Shown here: positions 8,243 through 17,727 of the stretch, piece by piece | Layout of the letters: every line of letters begins with the position of its first letter | How positions within the stretch are numbered: position 1 is the first letter of the stretch | The notes under the pieces: model-generated | What the model was told of the DNA's origin: nothing | Database searches by the model: none | The model's input: the letters and a program-made list of their open reading frames with translations, nothing else | DNA from: a virus | Taxonomy: Duplodnaviria; Caudoviricetes | Length of the DNA: 42,857 bases | Strand: one strand, 5' to 3' | IMG/VR virus record: IMGVR_UViG_3300037127_000016 | Location: 1 to 42,857 of that record | Position numbers and translations under genes: made by a program

Positions 8243-10243
8243 CTACAACTGGAATTTGGCCGGCCGACGTCCGCGACTCCTGGGCCGCGTGGTCGCCACC
8301 CGACCGGGCCGCTTTGGAAGCGGTGGAGGTGGCGGTGGCGGCTGGGCAGTCCCGACGCCAACCGCGGCAAGCGCCGCGGGGTCGCCGATGGCGGCAGCCC
8401 CGTACAGTGCGGCGAGTGCATATTTGGTGTAATCGAGAACTTCACGGCGTCGGCCTTTGACAGGTACGTATTTACCGCCGCTTCTCGGGTCTGTCGAGAT
8501 CCGTTCGCGCCGGCCGAGTAACTGTTTGACCCACCCCTGATCTCTCGTCTTCGGGATATGCAGGTATCTTGGTCCTGAACTCTGTACGGTATACAGGGAA
8601 TCGAGGATTTGACCCGTGAGCTCATCCACTTTCACGTTGGATACAAGTCGAACCATGCCCGTCATCGGGTCGATATTTCCCGATTCGATCGGCTTCGGCC
8701 ATGGCGGACCCGCTCGATCTGCGCCCTTGATAACCCACACCATGATCCCTGCGAGATCAAAATTGCGCTCGTTTTCAGGGTCAAAAAACCTTGTTATCTG
8801 GTTGCAGGTTTCTTGTGTTTGGTCGGCGCCATCAACACATGCGGCGGTGGCGCCCGTGGTTACCAGCCAATCAAACCACCGATTCCAGACGTCGTCTTGC
8901 AAGGTGTCACCGCGGTGCACCATGTGGTCCATGCTCCACCCCTCGCGACCTGGCCCCCATCGCCAGACTCCGGACTCCAGTCGGTTGTGCTGGCGGTCGG
9001 TGCCCGCCGATGACATCAAGCCCCGGGCGAGCGCGTCGTCGATCATCACGGCCTCGGGTTCGCGCCGCTTGAATACCTCGCGGCCTACGCCAGCCAGCTT
9101 GACCAGGGCCGGCGGAGTCCACAGCAGCGCCTCGTCGAGGTTCTTGGAGACCTGCATTGCATTGCCCTTGCCGGTCCTGCGCATGGCCTCGACGGCGTCT
9201 TCACGCGATCGAGCGATGTCCGACCACGACCTGGAGATACTGCGCGCGTAGAATGCCGGGAAATGGTACCCCTCTGCTCTTCCTTGGTACTCCGGTTGCT
9301 TTGGTCGCCACTCGTGCCGCGCGAGCATCCAAGCCTTACTCTGCTCGTATATGGCCTTCCTGCAGTGGATACAGACGAAATGCGCCGTGCTGGGCGCGCC
9401 CTTGGTCCAGCGCAGATTGTCCATTGTCAGAACCTGCTCGGCGCCGCAGTGTGGGCAAGGAACGTAGCATTCGTTCCAACTGCTCTGAGTGAGTGCCGAC
9501 CAGGTGTTATCCGGCTCGGTCGCAGGCGTGGAGACCATGAACACCTTCGCGCCCATGCGCGAGTATGTGTTCGTCCGCAACTCGGCGAGCGCCAGGTGAT
9601 CGCCCTCGGGATTGTCCTCGAATCGCGAGGCATCGTCGAGGATGACCAACACGTAGGGCTTCTCCTGGAAGGTCTCAGCGACCCCGGACGCTGCGATAAC
9701 GATCTCGCCACCTCGGTATGCAATCTGCCCGATTCGGTTTGTCTTGCGCTTCGTGGCGGCCTCTGCGACATCGACGATGGATGAGCCTATGACCAGCCGT
9801 CGTAGCAGTGGCGAGGAGTTCAGGAAGCTGTCGACGCGCCCCATAAACTTGGTCACGTCTTTGTCCCGTGGCACGACCCAGAGGATGTTTCCGGGCTGCT
9901 GGTGCATGAAGTACTCGACGACGTTGAAAGCTGTGACCGTTCCGCCGCTCTGATTGCACTTGACCAGAATGACTCGCCTTGCCGGATTCCCCGGTGAGCA
10001 AGCATCGGCCACCGCGTTGAGTGGTGGGTTGTCGTCCGGGTCGAACTTGCCGGGCGTGCTGCCGTCCGTGATCCAACGGTACTTTGCCGCGTGCTGTGTC
10101 ACCGTCTCGCACAAAGCCTCGTCGCTCAGCTGGTCGCTGTAACCGTTGAGCAACCCGCCATCATCAGGCCACACGGCCATTGCGGGCGGTACTCGTGCGC
10201 AGTCCTCACACCATATCGCCTGACTATGTCGGCACTCGCGCAT
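8243..10243 (-). CDS. terL: Terminase large subunit, GpA (lambda) family
   Basis: Walker A-like KCNQSGGT, Walker B VILDD, EGD..LAE.RT.TY, STP, CPHCG/CIHC zinc motif, nuclease-domain GTDRQ and REVLD. Confidence 0.93.
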   Translation of the reverse strand: MRECRHSQAIWCEDCARVPPAMAVWPDDGGLLNGYSDQLSDEALCETVTQHAAKYRWITDGSTPGKFDPDDNPPLNAVADACSPGNPARRVILVKCNQSGGTVTAFNVVEYFMHQQPGNILWVVPRDKDVTKFMGRVDSFLNSSPLLRRLVIGSSIVDVAEAATKRKTNRIGQIAYRGGEIVIAASGVAETFQEKPYVLVILDDASRFEDNPEGDHLALAELRTNTYSRMGAKVFMVSTPATEPDNTWSALTQSSWNECYVPCPHCGAEQVLTMDNLRWTKGAPSTAHFVCIHCRKAIYEQSKAWMLARHEWRPKQPEYQGRAEGYHFPAFYARSISRSWSDIARSREDAVEAMRRTGKGNAMQVSKNLDEALLWTPPALVKLAGVGREVFKRREPEAVMIDDALARGLMSSAGTDRQHNRLESGVWRWGPGREGWSMDHMVHRGDTLQDDVWNRWFDWLVTTGATAACVDGADQTQETCNQITRFFDPENERNFDLAGIMVWVIKGADRAGPPWPKPIESGNIDPMTGMVRLVSNVKVDELTGQILDSLYTVQSSGPRYLHIPKTRDQGWVKQLLGRRERISTDPRSGGKYVPVKGRRREVLDYTKYALAALYGAAAIGDPAALAAVGVGTAQPPPPPPPLPKRPGRVATTRPRSRGRRPAKFQL

Positions 10244-10403
10244 TTTTTACTCCTTCCCGAATTGACTCACGTAAATTCTAGCAATGATGACTTGTACAGA
10301 TAGTTGCCGCGAAACTGCCGCCACGTGATGTCGTCGCTTCTCTGGAGAGTGCGCTCGATCTATGCTCTGGTGCGCTCGAGTCGTTGTCAGGGCGCCCATC
10401 CCG

Positions 10404-11282
10404 TCATAACCGACACAGCCGACAACTGTTCTCGGTCTGATCGTCGCTGAACAATTCGCCCTGTACCGTTGACGTGCCGCGCGGTATACGTCCACGAATG
10501 AACTCCTCTCGCATAGACTTGAGATCGCTCGGCCAATTCGTAAACTTCCCAGGGCTGAGAAGCGTTCGCCCTGTACGATGCTCGTGGTCTACCGCAGCCT
10601 GAAATCCCGCCGGGTCACGGACCCACAAATCATACCATTCGCCGATGCGTTGCCAGAAGCACATGCGACAATCTGTCCGCTTTGGAATACTGATACCAGC
10701 ATTACGAAGTCCTCCTATTACATCCGCCCTCGTTACTCCCCATTCTCGAAGCGGGTACCGCTCCTGCACCGCACCGCCATATATAACCCCTTCTCGTTCC
10801 TCTTCGTCTGCGCGTAGTCCGACATACAGGTAAGCGTCTCCCAGGAGCGCCAGCAGCGCGTGACATGGGACTATCTTTAGGAGACGTGCGCACCAGCGCG
10901 AGCGCCAGTTCGGGAGGGCGTTGAAAAAGCGAATCCAAAAATCCATATTGCGGTTTCTCACTCGCTCGATTGGCTGTTTGAATATACATTCCAGACGCTC
11001 CCAATGAGCAACCATGTCGGCATATTCATCCCCCGTTGGCGTGCAAAACAGTAGCCACTCACGCTCTGGGAAACGACGCAGTAACTGCAACGTCATGTAT
11101 GTAGAGTCCGCCCCCCCACTGATAGCTACCACATGGGCGCTCCCCTCGGCGCCGAGGCGCTCACGATAGCGTGATGCGATATCTTTGATTCGCGCCAGGT
11201 CATATTGCTCTTCCTCCTTGGGTCCGCGGGTCATGCGCTTGGCCCGCAACTGCACCAACTCCGATTTTGTGTCACGACTCAT
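10404..11282 (-). CDS. Phosphoadenosine phosphosulfate (PAPS) reductase family protein
   Basis: PP-loop ISGGADS, RWCARLLKIVP, VGLRADE, YPL and RTDCRMCF. Confidence 0.85.
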   Translation of the reverse strand: MSRDTKSELVQLRAKRMTRGPKEEEQYDLARIKDIASRYRERLGAEGSAHVVAISGGADSTYMTLQLLRRFPEREWLLFCTPTGDEYADMVAHWERLECIFKQPIERVRNRNMDFWIRFFNALPNWRSRWCARLLKIVPCHALLALLGDAYLYVGLRADEEEREGVIYGGAVQERYPLREWGVTRADVIGGLRNAGISIPKRTDCRMCFWQRIGEWYDLWVRDPAGFQAAVDHEHRTGRTLLSPGKFTNWPSDLKSMREEFIRGRIPRGTSTVQGELFSDDQTENSCRLCRL

Positions 11283-11896
11283 GTGCCGATCTCCCAGTTG
11301 ATGTCCACCTGCCCTTGTGGCAGAAAATTGGTTTCATTGCCCCATGAGTCCATCCATGGCCGATGAGATCGGGCAAACATCTCCAGCCCGTGTCCGGGTT
11401 CAACGGGATACGCACGGTCAATCTGTTCGAGTATTGCTGGAGGCTTCGCGCTGTGCACTCGTTTGCCGGCCTTCTCGTGACCGGTCGGATACCGAACATG
11501 GTCAATCGGGCCACCGAAGTCAGACCGGATCGGCGCTTCCATTGTGCGCGTTTTGCCCATGACGCCAAGCAGACATTGCTCGTGAGCTGAAAACGCATAT
11601 TGCCCCATGCCCTGATGTGGCTTGGTCCATATGAAGCTACGCTTGTACTCGAAACCGAGCCATCCCATCAGGTCCATCGCCCACGGCAAGAAGTTGTCGG
11701 CCACCCAGAGCCAAAGATGACACTGCACGGGATCCGGCCGCCACGCGAAGGCTCCGTTTGCAAACCTCGCATGCTTCATTGTGTGAAACATGTCCGCGTT
11801 TGTCTTGATCGTCGGGTAATGAGAATCTGCGCCTCGGCTGTGCCCGCCGTGTAGTGGCCATGGCGGATCGGCCTCAATTCGATTGTACAGGGTCAT
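11279..11896 (-). CDS. MT-A70 family adenine methyltransferase
   Basis: ADPPW catalytic motif, HYPT, HLWLW, GFEY..FIWTK, GMG, HE.CLLG, HSAKP and LEMFAR...W..WGNE. Confidence 0.9.
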   Translation of the reverse strand: MTLYNRIEADPPWPLHGGHSRGADSHYPTIKTNADMFHTMKHARFANGAFAWRPDPVQCHLWLWVADNFLPWAMDLMGWLGFEYKRSFIWTKPHQGMGQYAFSAHEQCLLGVMGKTRTMEAPIRSDFGGPIDHVRYPTGHEKAGKRVHSAKPPAILEQIDRAYPVEPGHGLEMFARSHRPWMDSWGNETNFLPQGQVDINWEIGT

Positions 11897-12216
11897 GCGC
11901 GCTCACCGCGCGCGGCGTATGCGCGTTGCTCTTGCGCTCGTGTGTGAGCGCTGCACCATGGCCGGTGTGGCTTCCGCGCTCGCGTACAGCCTGCGCGCGA
12001 ACACTGGACGACATGTGTCCGTGGTCCGTACACACTCTCGAGCGCGTGGTCGATTGCCGTTTTGTGGTCGCGGTGGCCGTCACTCTGCACAACGCCATCG
12101 CGCTCGACCAACCATCCCCAGCATTTCTCAGTGTTCCGCCGAACCGTCAACCGCATCCGACGCCAGTGCCAGGCGCCGTTGCTGTCCTTGAACCAACCCT
12201 TGTACGTTGCACTCAT
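11893..12216 (-). CDS. Hypothetical protein with a C-terminal Cys/His zinc-binding-like motif
   Basis: ATGA-coupled on both sides; CSRAGC...WCSAH motif. Confidence 0.55.
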   Translation of the reverse strand: MSATYKGWFKDSNGAWHWRRMRLTVRRNTEKCWGWLVERDGVVQSDGHRDHKTAIDHALESVYGPRTHVVQCSRAGCTRARKPHRPWCSAHTRAQEQRAYAARGERA

Positions 12217-13400
12217 AGCCAGCCCTTCGGGAATTGCTGCCAGCTCTGCGCACCGTAGCCGGGGACGTACAGAGCGGGGCATCCCTTGCGTAGTTTGCCG
12301 GTCTGACCGGGCGTCGCTCGATTCACGATCGCGCACTCACATGAACCGCATGGTTCTCCCAGAAAATTCCGCGCTTTGCCTGTTCCGCTGCACTTCTCGC
12401 ACACGTCCGCCTGCTTGACGAATAGCGCGGGGCCCGATGTAACACGCTCGCCAACCTCCACGCCGCCTATGAAGCCCGCGTACGTTCGATCCTGCGCATC
12501 GAGTACCTGTTTCGCCAGATCCTGGATCCACTCCAGCCTGCACGGCCTCGCCTTGGCGCCAGACTCGGCGCCGATGATGACCTGGTCAATATGCTGTGGT
12601 CGCTTGATTTCCGCATGGTCTGCCTGGCACACCATGCACACGTCTCCATCGAGATTACCTCCGCACGTGTCACAGCAGTTGAGGAGTGTTGGGTCAATCC
12701 ATACGCTCATGTCTACCGGCCCGAGCAACGGTTCCGCGCTCACGATCCGCCAACGGGCCGGTATTTGCGCCAGGAGCGGCAGGCACTTATCGGCGCTCGA
12801 CTGGTCGGATATCGATACCCCGATCGCGACGTTATCCAGTGGGTGCTGAATACTCTGGCCCAGAGTGACCGCGTTACCCATCAGAGCAAAAGCGTGGTTT
12901 GCGAGGAACGCCCCGCGATAGTAGCTCTCTATGGGATTCCCCCGTGCAACCCCAATGGCGACGTTATGCGTCGCTTGCGCAACTCGCGCTGCTACTTCTG
13001 CCTGATACCACGCGAACCACTCCAGGGCGCGCGCTGGTCGCTTCGTGAGCACGACGTACCGGTGTTGCGGCGTCGCTGCCATGACCGCGAACACCGCCGC
13101 GATGAACTCAAACGGAACGCCCTCTCCGAACAGATCCGACATCGAGTTCACGAACCAGCGCTTTCCCTTCTTTTTCTTCAGCGGCTTGTCGAGGGCTGCT
13201 GGCCATGGACGGAATTCGCCCGTCCATCGCGGAGTGCCGTCGCGAATGGTCACCAGTCCGCCGTACTTGGCTTCCTGGCCCATACCCGGAAGTCGAGCGG
13301 TCAACTGCTTTGCGTAGCAGTTGGCGCATCCCGCGTGTACATCCTTGCATCCGGCCACCGGGTTCCATGTGTCATCGGTCCATTCAATCTTGCTGCTCAT
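12213..13400 (-). CDS. Phage Gp37/Gp68 (DUF5131) family radical-SAM-like protein
   Basis: MSSKIEWTDDTWNPVAGC..VHAGCANCYA, FVNSMSDLF, LTKRP, SAEPLLG, GAESG..ARP and FVKQ. Confidence 0.92.
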   Translation of the reverse strand: MSSKIEWTDDTWNPVAGCKDVHAGCANCYAKQLTARLPGMGQEAKYGGLVTIRDGTPRWTGEFRPWPAALDKPLKKKKGKRWFVNSMSDLFGEGVPFEFIAAVFAVMAATPQHRYVVLTKRPARALEWFAWYQAEVAARVAQATHNVAIGVARGNPIESYYRGAFLANHAFALMGNAVTLGQSIQHPLDNVAIGVSISDQSSADKCLPLLAQIPARWRIVSAEPLLGPVDMSVWIDPTLLNCCDTCGGNLDGDVCMVCQADHAEIKRPQHIDQVIIGAESGAKARPCRLEWIQDLAKQVLDAQDRTYAGFIGGVEVGERVTSGPALFVKQADVCEKCSGTGKARNFLGEPCGSCECAIVNRATPGQTGKLRKGCPALYVPGYGAQSWQQFPKGWL

Positions 13401-13561
13401 CGTGTGCCTTTCTCTTCCAATCGTCGCTGCAATGCCCACCATTCGGCGTTCTCGTTCCATTTGCGCCATGCGGTTGCGGCGATGGCCTCGTGCAGCGCGA
13501 TCCCCGGATCGCACTCAGCGCAGTCGCCACACGTGCATGGCGTCTCACAGTTCCCATGCAT
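13397..13561 (-). CDS. Small Cys-rich hypothetical protein, 54 aa
   Basis: Below the track cut-off. Reads MHGNCETPCTCGDCAECDPGIALHEAIAATAWRKWNENAEWWALQRRLEEKGTR*, and its stop overlaps the Gp37/68 ATG. Confidence 0.5.
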   Translation of the reverse strand: MHGNCETPCTCGDCAECDPGIALHEAIAATAWRKWNENAEWWALQRRLEEKGTR

Positions 13562-14585
13562 AACGCTGTGTTTCCGGTTCGTGGTCGTCGCCCGACCACA
13601 GGCCGGCTTGGTTGTAATTCGCCCGTTCGTCGGTCAAGTCGGGCGGCCCGTCCGGGTGGAGATAATGCTCTGCCAGCACCCGGACGCATGACCGGCCCGG
13701 CACCTTGCGCGCGTTGCCGTAGGACATCATGGGCCGCAGTGCCAGGCGCTCGAATGCTCCGAACGCCTGGCGCACGTAGAACTTGCGCCACCACCGCTCG
13801 AAGCTTTGGCCGGCGAAGTACTCCTCGCGAAAGGTCGCCAGGAACCAATCGGCGAGCGCTTGTCGTCCGGCGTCGGTGTCCCCGGTGCGTGCGCGATAGT
13901 GTTCGCGGTAGCCCTCGCCGCAGACCGCGAGAAGTCGGTGGATGTTCACGTTGCTGCCGGTCCGCGTGAAGGTCTCACCGAGAATCAGATCTACCAGGTT
14001 CATGTGCGCGATCCACAGCCGTTGATAGGCTGGCGTCGAGTTCTTCGGCTTGTAGACATTCCGAGGTCGCTGCACGGATACCAGCCGAAGATCCCCAGCG
14101 ACGTTGCGCCAGTCGATCCCAGTATGCGCAACGAGCTTTTGTTCGCGCGCGCGATCGGCGCTGTATTCTTCGTTGCGGGCGATAGTCGCTCGAACCGCGT
14201 CGTCCTCGATGTCGGTCAACATCACTGGTGAACCGTCCACGCTCCGCACCGCGATGAAGTCGCCATCGCGCACCAGAATACCAACCTGCCGCCCGTGGTT
14301 TTCCTCGACCATGAGCACGTAGCATTGATCCCACCCGTCGCCAAGCCACAATGTCCGCTCATTCCGGCTGGCGTCGGGTGGGATCGGTGGTCTCTTGCAG
14401 GGCGGTATGTCGTGCGTTGGTGTGCTCTGGCCGACCCATGGCGCCCAGCTCTCGCCGTGGTCGATGGGCGTCAACCCCGATGGGCACTGGCCGTGCTTCT
14501 TCAGCGTGCCATCGCGCTTGACGCTGGCCAATCGCTTGGAGCACGTCGGGCACTCGTATTGCGGCAGCTTAATTCGCCGGGTCAT
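13545..14585 (-). CDS. Hypothetical protein with an N-terminal zinc ribbon
   Basis: ATGA overlap with the methylase stop; CPTC...H..C motif; strongly coding-like codon usage. Confidence 0.65.
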   Translation of the reverse strand: MTRRIKLPQYECPTCSKRLASVKRDGTLKKHGQCPSGLTPIDHGESWAPWVGQSTPTHDIPPCKRPPIPPDASRNERTLWLGDGWDQCYVLMVEENHGRQVGILVRDGDFIAVRSVDGSPVMLTDIEDDAVRATIARNEEYSADRAREQKLVAHTGIDWRNVAGDLRLVSVQRPRNVYKPKNSTPAYQRLWIAHMNLVDLILGETFTRTGSNVNIHRLLAVCGEGYREHYRARTGDTDAGRQALADWFLATFREEYFAGQSFERWWRKFYVRQAFGAFERLALRPMMSYGNARKVPGRSCVRVLAEHYLHPDGPPDLTDERANYNQAGLWSGDDHEPETQRYAWEL

Positions 14586-15385
14586 GTCAGCGTGCCCTCC
14601 AGCCGTGCCCGAAGAACGCGGAACGCCAGCGCATGAGTTGCAGGTACCTGCCCGTTTCCCAAGGCTGCAACGCGGTCCACCCGACAGGCCATCCCATGTG
14701 CCACTCGAGCCAGTTCGGGTTCGTCGGTCCACCAAGCCAGTCGTTCAGGGTCGGCGACTTCCTTGGCTTCCCGCCGCCCCCCCGTGAAGCGTCGCGTTTC
14801 GTCGGCGTCGTCTGCATGCGCGCGTATGCCGGCCACTTGCGCATGCTGGGTGACATCATGTTGTCCGCCTTCGTGGGCGTCGGCAAATGCCGGATCGGCG
14901 GCAAGTACCCACATCCTCGCGCGGTGGTGCCACGCACCATTGGAGCACGATCCGAGCACGCCCCACTCCGCATCGAACCCGAGCGCGGCCAAATCCCCGA
15001 GAACGGCATCGAGTCCCCGAATAGCGAGATCTGCGCTGTTTTCCACAAAGACGTATCGGGGTCGAACTTCGCGAACCACGCGCACGAATTCCAACCAAAG
15101 TCCCGACTGCTCGCCCTCGATGCCCGCTCGACCGCCGGCCGGGCTGATGTCCTGGCACGGGAATCCGCCCGAAACAATATCCACTCGTCCAGCCCACGGT
15201 CGCCCGTCGAAGGTGCAGACGTCATCCCAGATGGGAAAAGGTGGCAAGACTCCGTCGTTTTGCCGTTCGATGAGGATCTGGCGGCAATACGGCTCGATCT
15301 CGACGGCGCAAACGGGCCAGTGTCCGAGGATGAGCCCGCCGAGAATTCCGCCTCCAGCGCCTGCGAATAGCTCCAGGACATTCAC
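14582..15385 (-). CDS. DNA (cytosine-5) methyltransferase, alpha polypeptide
   Basis: ELFAGAGG (motif I), GGFPCQDIS (IV), FVENS (VI), HHRAR (VIII) and ALGNGQVP (X). Confidence 0.93.
   Translation of the reverse strand: MNVLELFAGAGGGILGGLILGHWPVCAVEIEPYCRQILIERQNDGVLPPFPIWDDVCTFDGRPWAGRVDIVSGGFPCQDISPAGGRAGIEGEQSGLWLEFVRVVREVRPRYVFVENSADLAIRGLDAVLGDLAALGFDAEWGVLGSCSNGAWHHRARMWVLAADPAFADAHEGGQHDVTQHAQVAGIRAHADDADETRRFTGGRREAKEVADPERLAWWTDEPELARVAHGMACRVDRVAALGNGQVPATHALAFRVLRARLEGTLT
14587..15381 (-). CDS. Overlapping alternative-frame methyltransferase beta polypeptide (EcoHK31I-like)
   Basis: 264-codon ORF nested in another frame of the same strand. Carries WPRSGSMRSG, LPTP and motif IX-like NPNWLEWHMGWPVGWT, which is absent from the alpha frame. 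Confidence 0.7.
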   Translation of the reverse strand: MSWSYSQALEAEFSAGSSSDTGPFAPSRSSRIAARSSSNGKTTESCHLFPSGMTSAPSTGDRGLDEWILFRADSRARTSARPAVERASRASSRDFGWNSCAWFAKFDPDTSLWKTAQISLFGDSMPFSGIWPRSGSMRSGACSDRAPMVRGTTARGCGYLPPIRHLPTPTKADNMMSPSMRKWPAYARMQTTPTKRDASRGGGGKPRKSPTLNDWLGGPTNPNWLEWHMGWPVGWTALQPWETGRYLQLMRWRSAFFGHGWRAR

Positions 15386-16323
15386 CGACTCGCCTGCTCA
15401 TCTGCCGACAACCGCGAGGTAACCTTGACCGCCTGGGCGTCGATCGCACGCTGCTCGGCGGCGGTGAACGTACCCCACTGCCCGCGAATCTCAGGGCCCA
15501 GTGCGTTGAACCCGGCCATGGTCTCGGCCTTGCGCATGCGCGCGATGATGTCTGCCGCGACTGGTCCGATCTGCGCCAGATGATCCCCGCGTGCCCACCT
15601 CGCGAATCGCGCCCCCACCTCGCGAGTGAGTAGATTCGGTGCTGGGCGCAGATACTCGGGATTCTTGACCACGTCGCGTTCGCCTTTCTCTGGCTTCCAG
15701 TCCGGCCGGCCATCTGCTCCCGGTTTCAACAGTGCTAGCCATTTCAACGCTTTCAAAATGCGCGCGCCGGTGGTCGGGATCCAACCGCGGGGGTTGAAAT
15801 TGTCGTCCACCTTCTCGGTCGCTGCGAACGTCAGGATCAGATGAATCGACGCACTTTCGAGCGTGGTTACCAGTTCTTTGCGCGCCGGCTTCACCACCCC
15901 CCAGGCAATGCGGCTGTACGCGTCGAAGTTCGGCTCGGCCTTGTTCTGGCGCTTTGCCTTCTCGCATGCCGCCTGGAATTTCTCCTCCTGCACGCGCTCC
16001 TTCTCGTCCAGCATGTCCTGGTGTTCTTTCTCCATGCCGTCGAGAATCAGAACCGTGTACCCCTCGCGCGAGGCATCCTTGATTGCCTCGCTGATCTTGG
16101 CGCTCGTGTACGGCGGTGACATGTGGTCCACGTCAAAATCATACCCGTGATACTCCGAGGAGCGCCGAGCGTCCATGTCCACCATGGCCACGTGGCCACC
16201 GAGCACGTCTGTGATACCAAGAGCAAGAAGAATCGAGCTCATACTCTTGCCGGTTCCCGTGTCGCCGGCAATCCCCAATTTGAGCCACTGCGTTTCCCAT
16301 GTCGCGCGTTTGAATCTAGCCAT
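15382..16323 (-). CDS. AAA-family ATPase (Sak4-like, recombination-associated)
   Basis: Start MARFKRA; Walker A GDTGTGKS, Walker B VLILDG; adjacent to a RecE-like nuclease. Confidence 0.8.
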   Translation of the reverse strand: MARFKRATWETQWLKLGIAGDTGTGKSMSSILLALGITDVLGGHVAMVDMDARRSSEYHGYDFDVDHMSPPYTSAKISEAIKDASREGYTVLILDGMEKEHQDMLDEKERVQEEKFQAACEKAKRQNKAEPNFDAYSRIAWGVVKPARKELVTTLESASIHLILTFAATEKVDDNFNPRGWIPTTGARILKALKWLALLKPGADGRPDWKPEKGERDVVKNPEYLRPAPNLLTREVGARFARWARGDHLAQIGPVAADIIARMRKAETMAGFNALGPEIRGQWGTFTAAEQRAIDAQAVKVTSRLSADEQASR

Positions 16324-17227
16324 GCTGGTTTTCCTTGTGCTCGAGCCATCCTGGCGCTCCCAGGATTGGCGGTTGATAGTACCCGGGCCATTCGTCGAGG
16401 TGAACGCCGCGCGCCCATGCCTCGCACGCCTCGCGCCAGAGTCGGACCCCATGCGCCTTGAATAAGCCGTCCTGCTCGGCCGCTGTTACTGCGTATGGCG
16501 GCTTTGATTCGACGAACACCCATACCCACACGACACGTCCGGCGTAGGCCGGGAACGCGGCCTCCAGCGCCTCGGTGTAGCACGCCGATTGTACCGCGTA
16601 CCCCTCACGCGCGATGTTTTCCGCCATCTTCCGCGGATGCGCGTCACCGCGCTTGCTGCGCACTTTCAGGTCATACGCGATGATCCCACCCCTGCGAAAC
16701 TCCACGTGGTCGAGCCTCGCTCGCACCCAGATCGGGCCTGCGTGCGTCGTGGTCAACTGGTGCAGAATCGTGAGCTCGCTGTATCGCCCTCGGTCGGGGG
16801 CATGCTGGAGATACACGGGGGCCGGGTCGCCGTCACACGTGCGTGCCTCCAGGTTTGCCTTGATACCCGCTGCAGTCATGACCATCGACTCCCACTCTTT
16901 GCGCAGAATCGGCACCTTCCCCCGGTCTCTGGCCTCGCGTCGGGCGGTCTGCGCGGCCTTCGTGCGATAGTTGGCGTAATCAAGAATCTCTACATCTTCG
17001 CTGCTGTCAAGCAGAAGGAGCTCGTGAAAAAGCGCGCCTTCGTCTTTGGCTTTCGTGTGTTCGTCGATGTCGCCGACGCCCGGCCGACCCATGAGCGCGC
17101 ACCCGTCAATGACCATCGCCCTGGCCCGCGTCGATGACAACGACGGTTTCGGGCATGGATCTGCGTGGTATTCGCTCGCAGGCATATCGACGTGGACGTG
17201 CACGCCATCCGCAATCGGCGGCATCAT
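16316..17227 (-). CDS. RecE/exonuclease VIII-like PD-(D/E)XK nuclease (DUF3799-like)
   Basis: EYHADPCPKPSLSST, GALFHELLL, VRARLD, YDLK, GYAVQSACY and FVESKPPY. Confidence 0.88.
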   Translation of the reverse strand: MMPPIADGVHVHVDMPASEYHADPCPKPSLSSTRARAMVIDGCALMGRPGVGDIDEHTKAKDEGALFHELLLLDSSEDVEILDYANYRTKAAQTARREARDRGKVPILRKEWESMVMTAAGIKANLEARTCDGDPAPVYLQHAPDRGRYSELTILHQLTTTHAGPIWVRARLDHVEFRRGGIIAYDLKVRSKRGDAHPRKMAENIAREGYAVQSACYTEALEAAFPAYAGRVVWVWVFVESKPPYAVTAAEQDGLFKAHGVRLWREACEAWARGVHLDEWPGYYQPPILGAPGWLEHKENQHG

Positions 17228-17421
17228 CGCGTTGTTCCCTGCAGGTCGCAAGAACCCTCAAGCGCCACCATATCGCGCCAGAGCTTGTCCACCGTCTGAC
17301 CATTGGCTCGAGCTGTACTCTCGACGACCCGCCGCATTCGGGCGGATAGCGCTCGCAGCCAGTCGTCGGCGCTGTTGTACGCCGATGCGCTGGTCAAGGT
17401 CCTGTGTTGTTCATCGCTCAT
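17224..17421 (-). CDS. Hypothetical protein, 65 aa
   Basis: ATG at 17421; its stop overlaps the start of the RecE-like gene. Confidence 0.5.
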   Translation of the reverse strand: MSDEQHRTLTSASAYNSADDWLRALSARMRRVVESTARANGQTVDKLWRDMVALEGSCDLQGTTR

Positions 17422-17448
17422 TCTGCGCCCTTTGTCGTGGTTTCGTCG

Positions 17449-17494
17449 TTGACGCTGCCACAATCTGCGCTGTACTGTCAAGCCATGATTGACA
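17449..17494. promoter_or_regulatory. Divergent promoter/operator region
   Basis: On +: TTGACG-N18-TACTGT ending 6 nt before ATG 17485 (probably leaderless). On -: TTGACA at 17476-17481. A TGTCAA-N7-TTGACA palindrome straddles the start codon. Confidence 0.5.
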
Positions 17495-17727
17495 AGCATC
17501 TAGCCGGTGACTGGGTCCGGTATTGGAAATACCGTACTCGCACCGACAGCAACATATCCGCATCGATCGTCCTGGGTATCAGTCCATCAAGCCTATCAGC
17601 CCTACTTAGTTCGGCTGGTTGGTCGTCGTCCAGCACGGTGATTCCAGAGAAGCTATGCAGCGCTCTCAAGATCACGATGAGTGAGTACCTGGCAGGGCCA
17701 CCCGACCGCCCGGTGTGTGAGTCGTGA
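17485..17727 (+). CDS. Cro/CI-like HTH regulator
   Basis: ASIVLGISPSSLSALL...EKLCSALKITMSEYL pattern; divergent from the recombination operon. Confidence 0.6.
   Translation: MIDKHLAGDWVRYWKYRTRTDSNISASIVLGISPSSLSALLSSAGWSSSSTVIPEKLCSALKITMSEYLAGPPDRPVCES

Noticed and set aside
10247-10495. ORF upstream of terL as TerS
   Set aside because: No HTH or coiled coil, poor codon bias, and it overlaps the PAPS-like gene.
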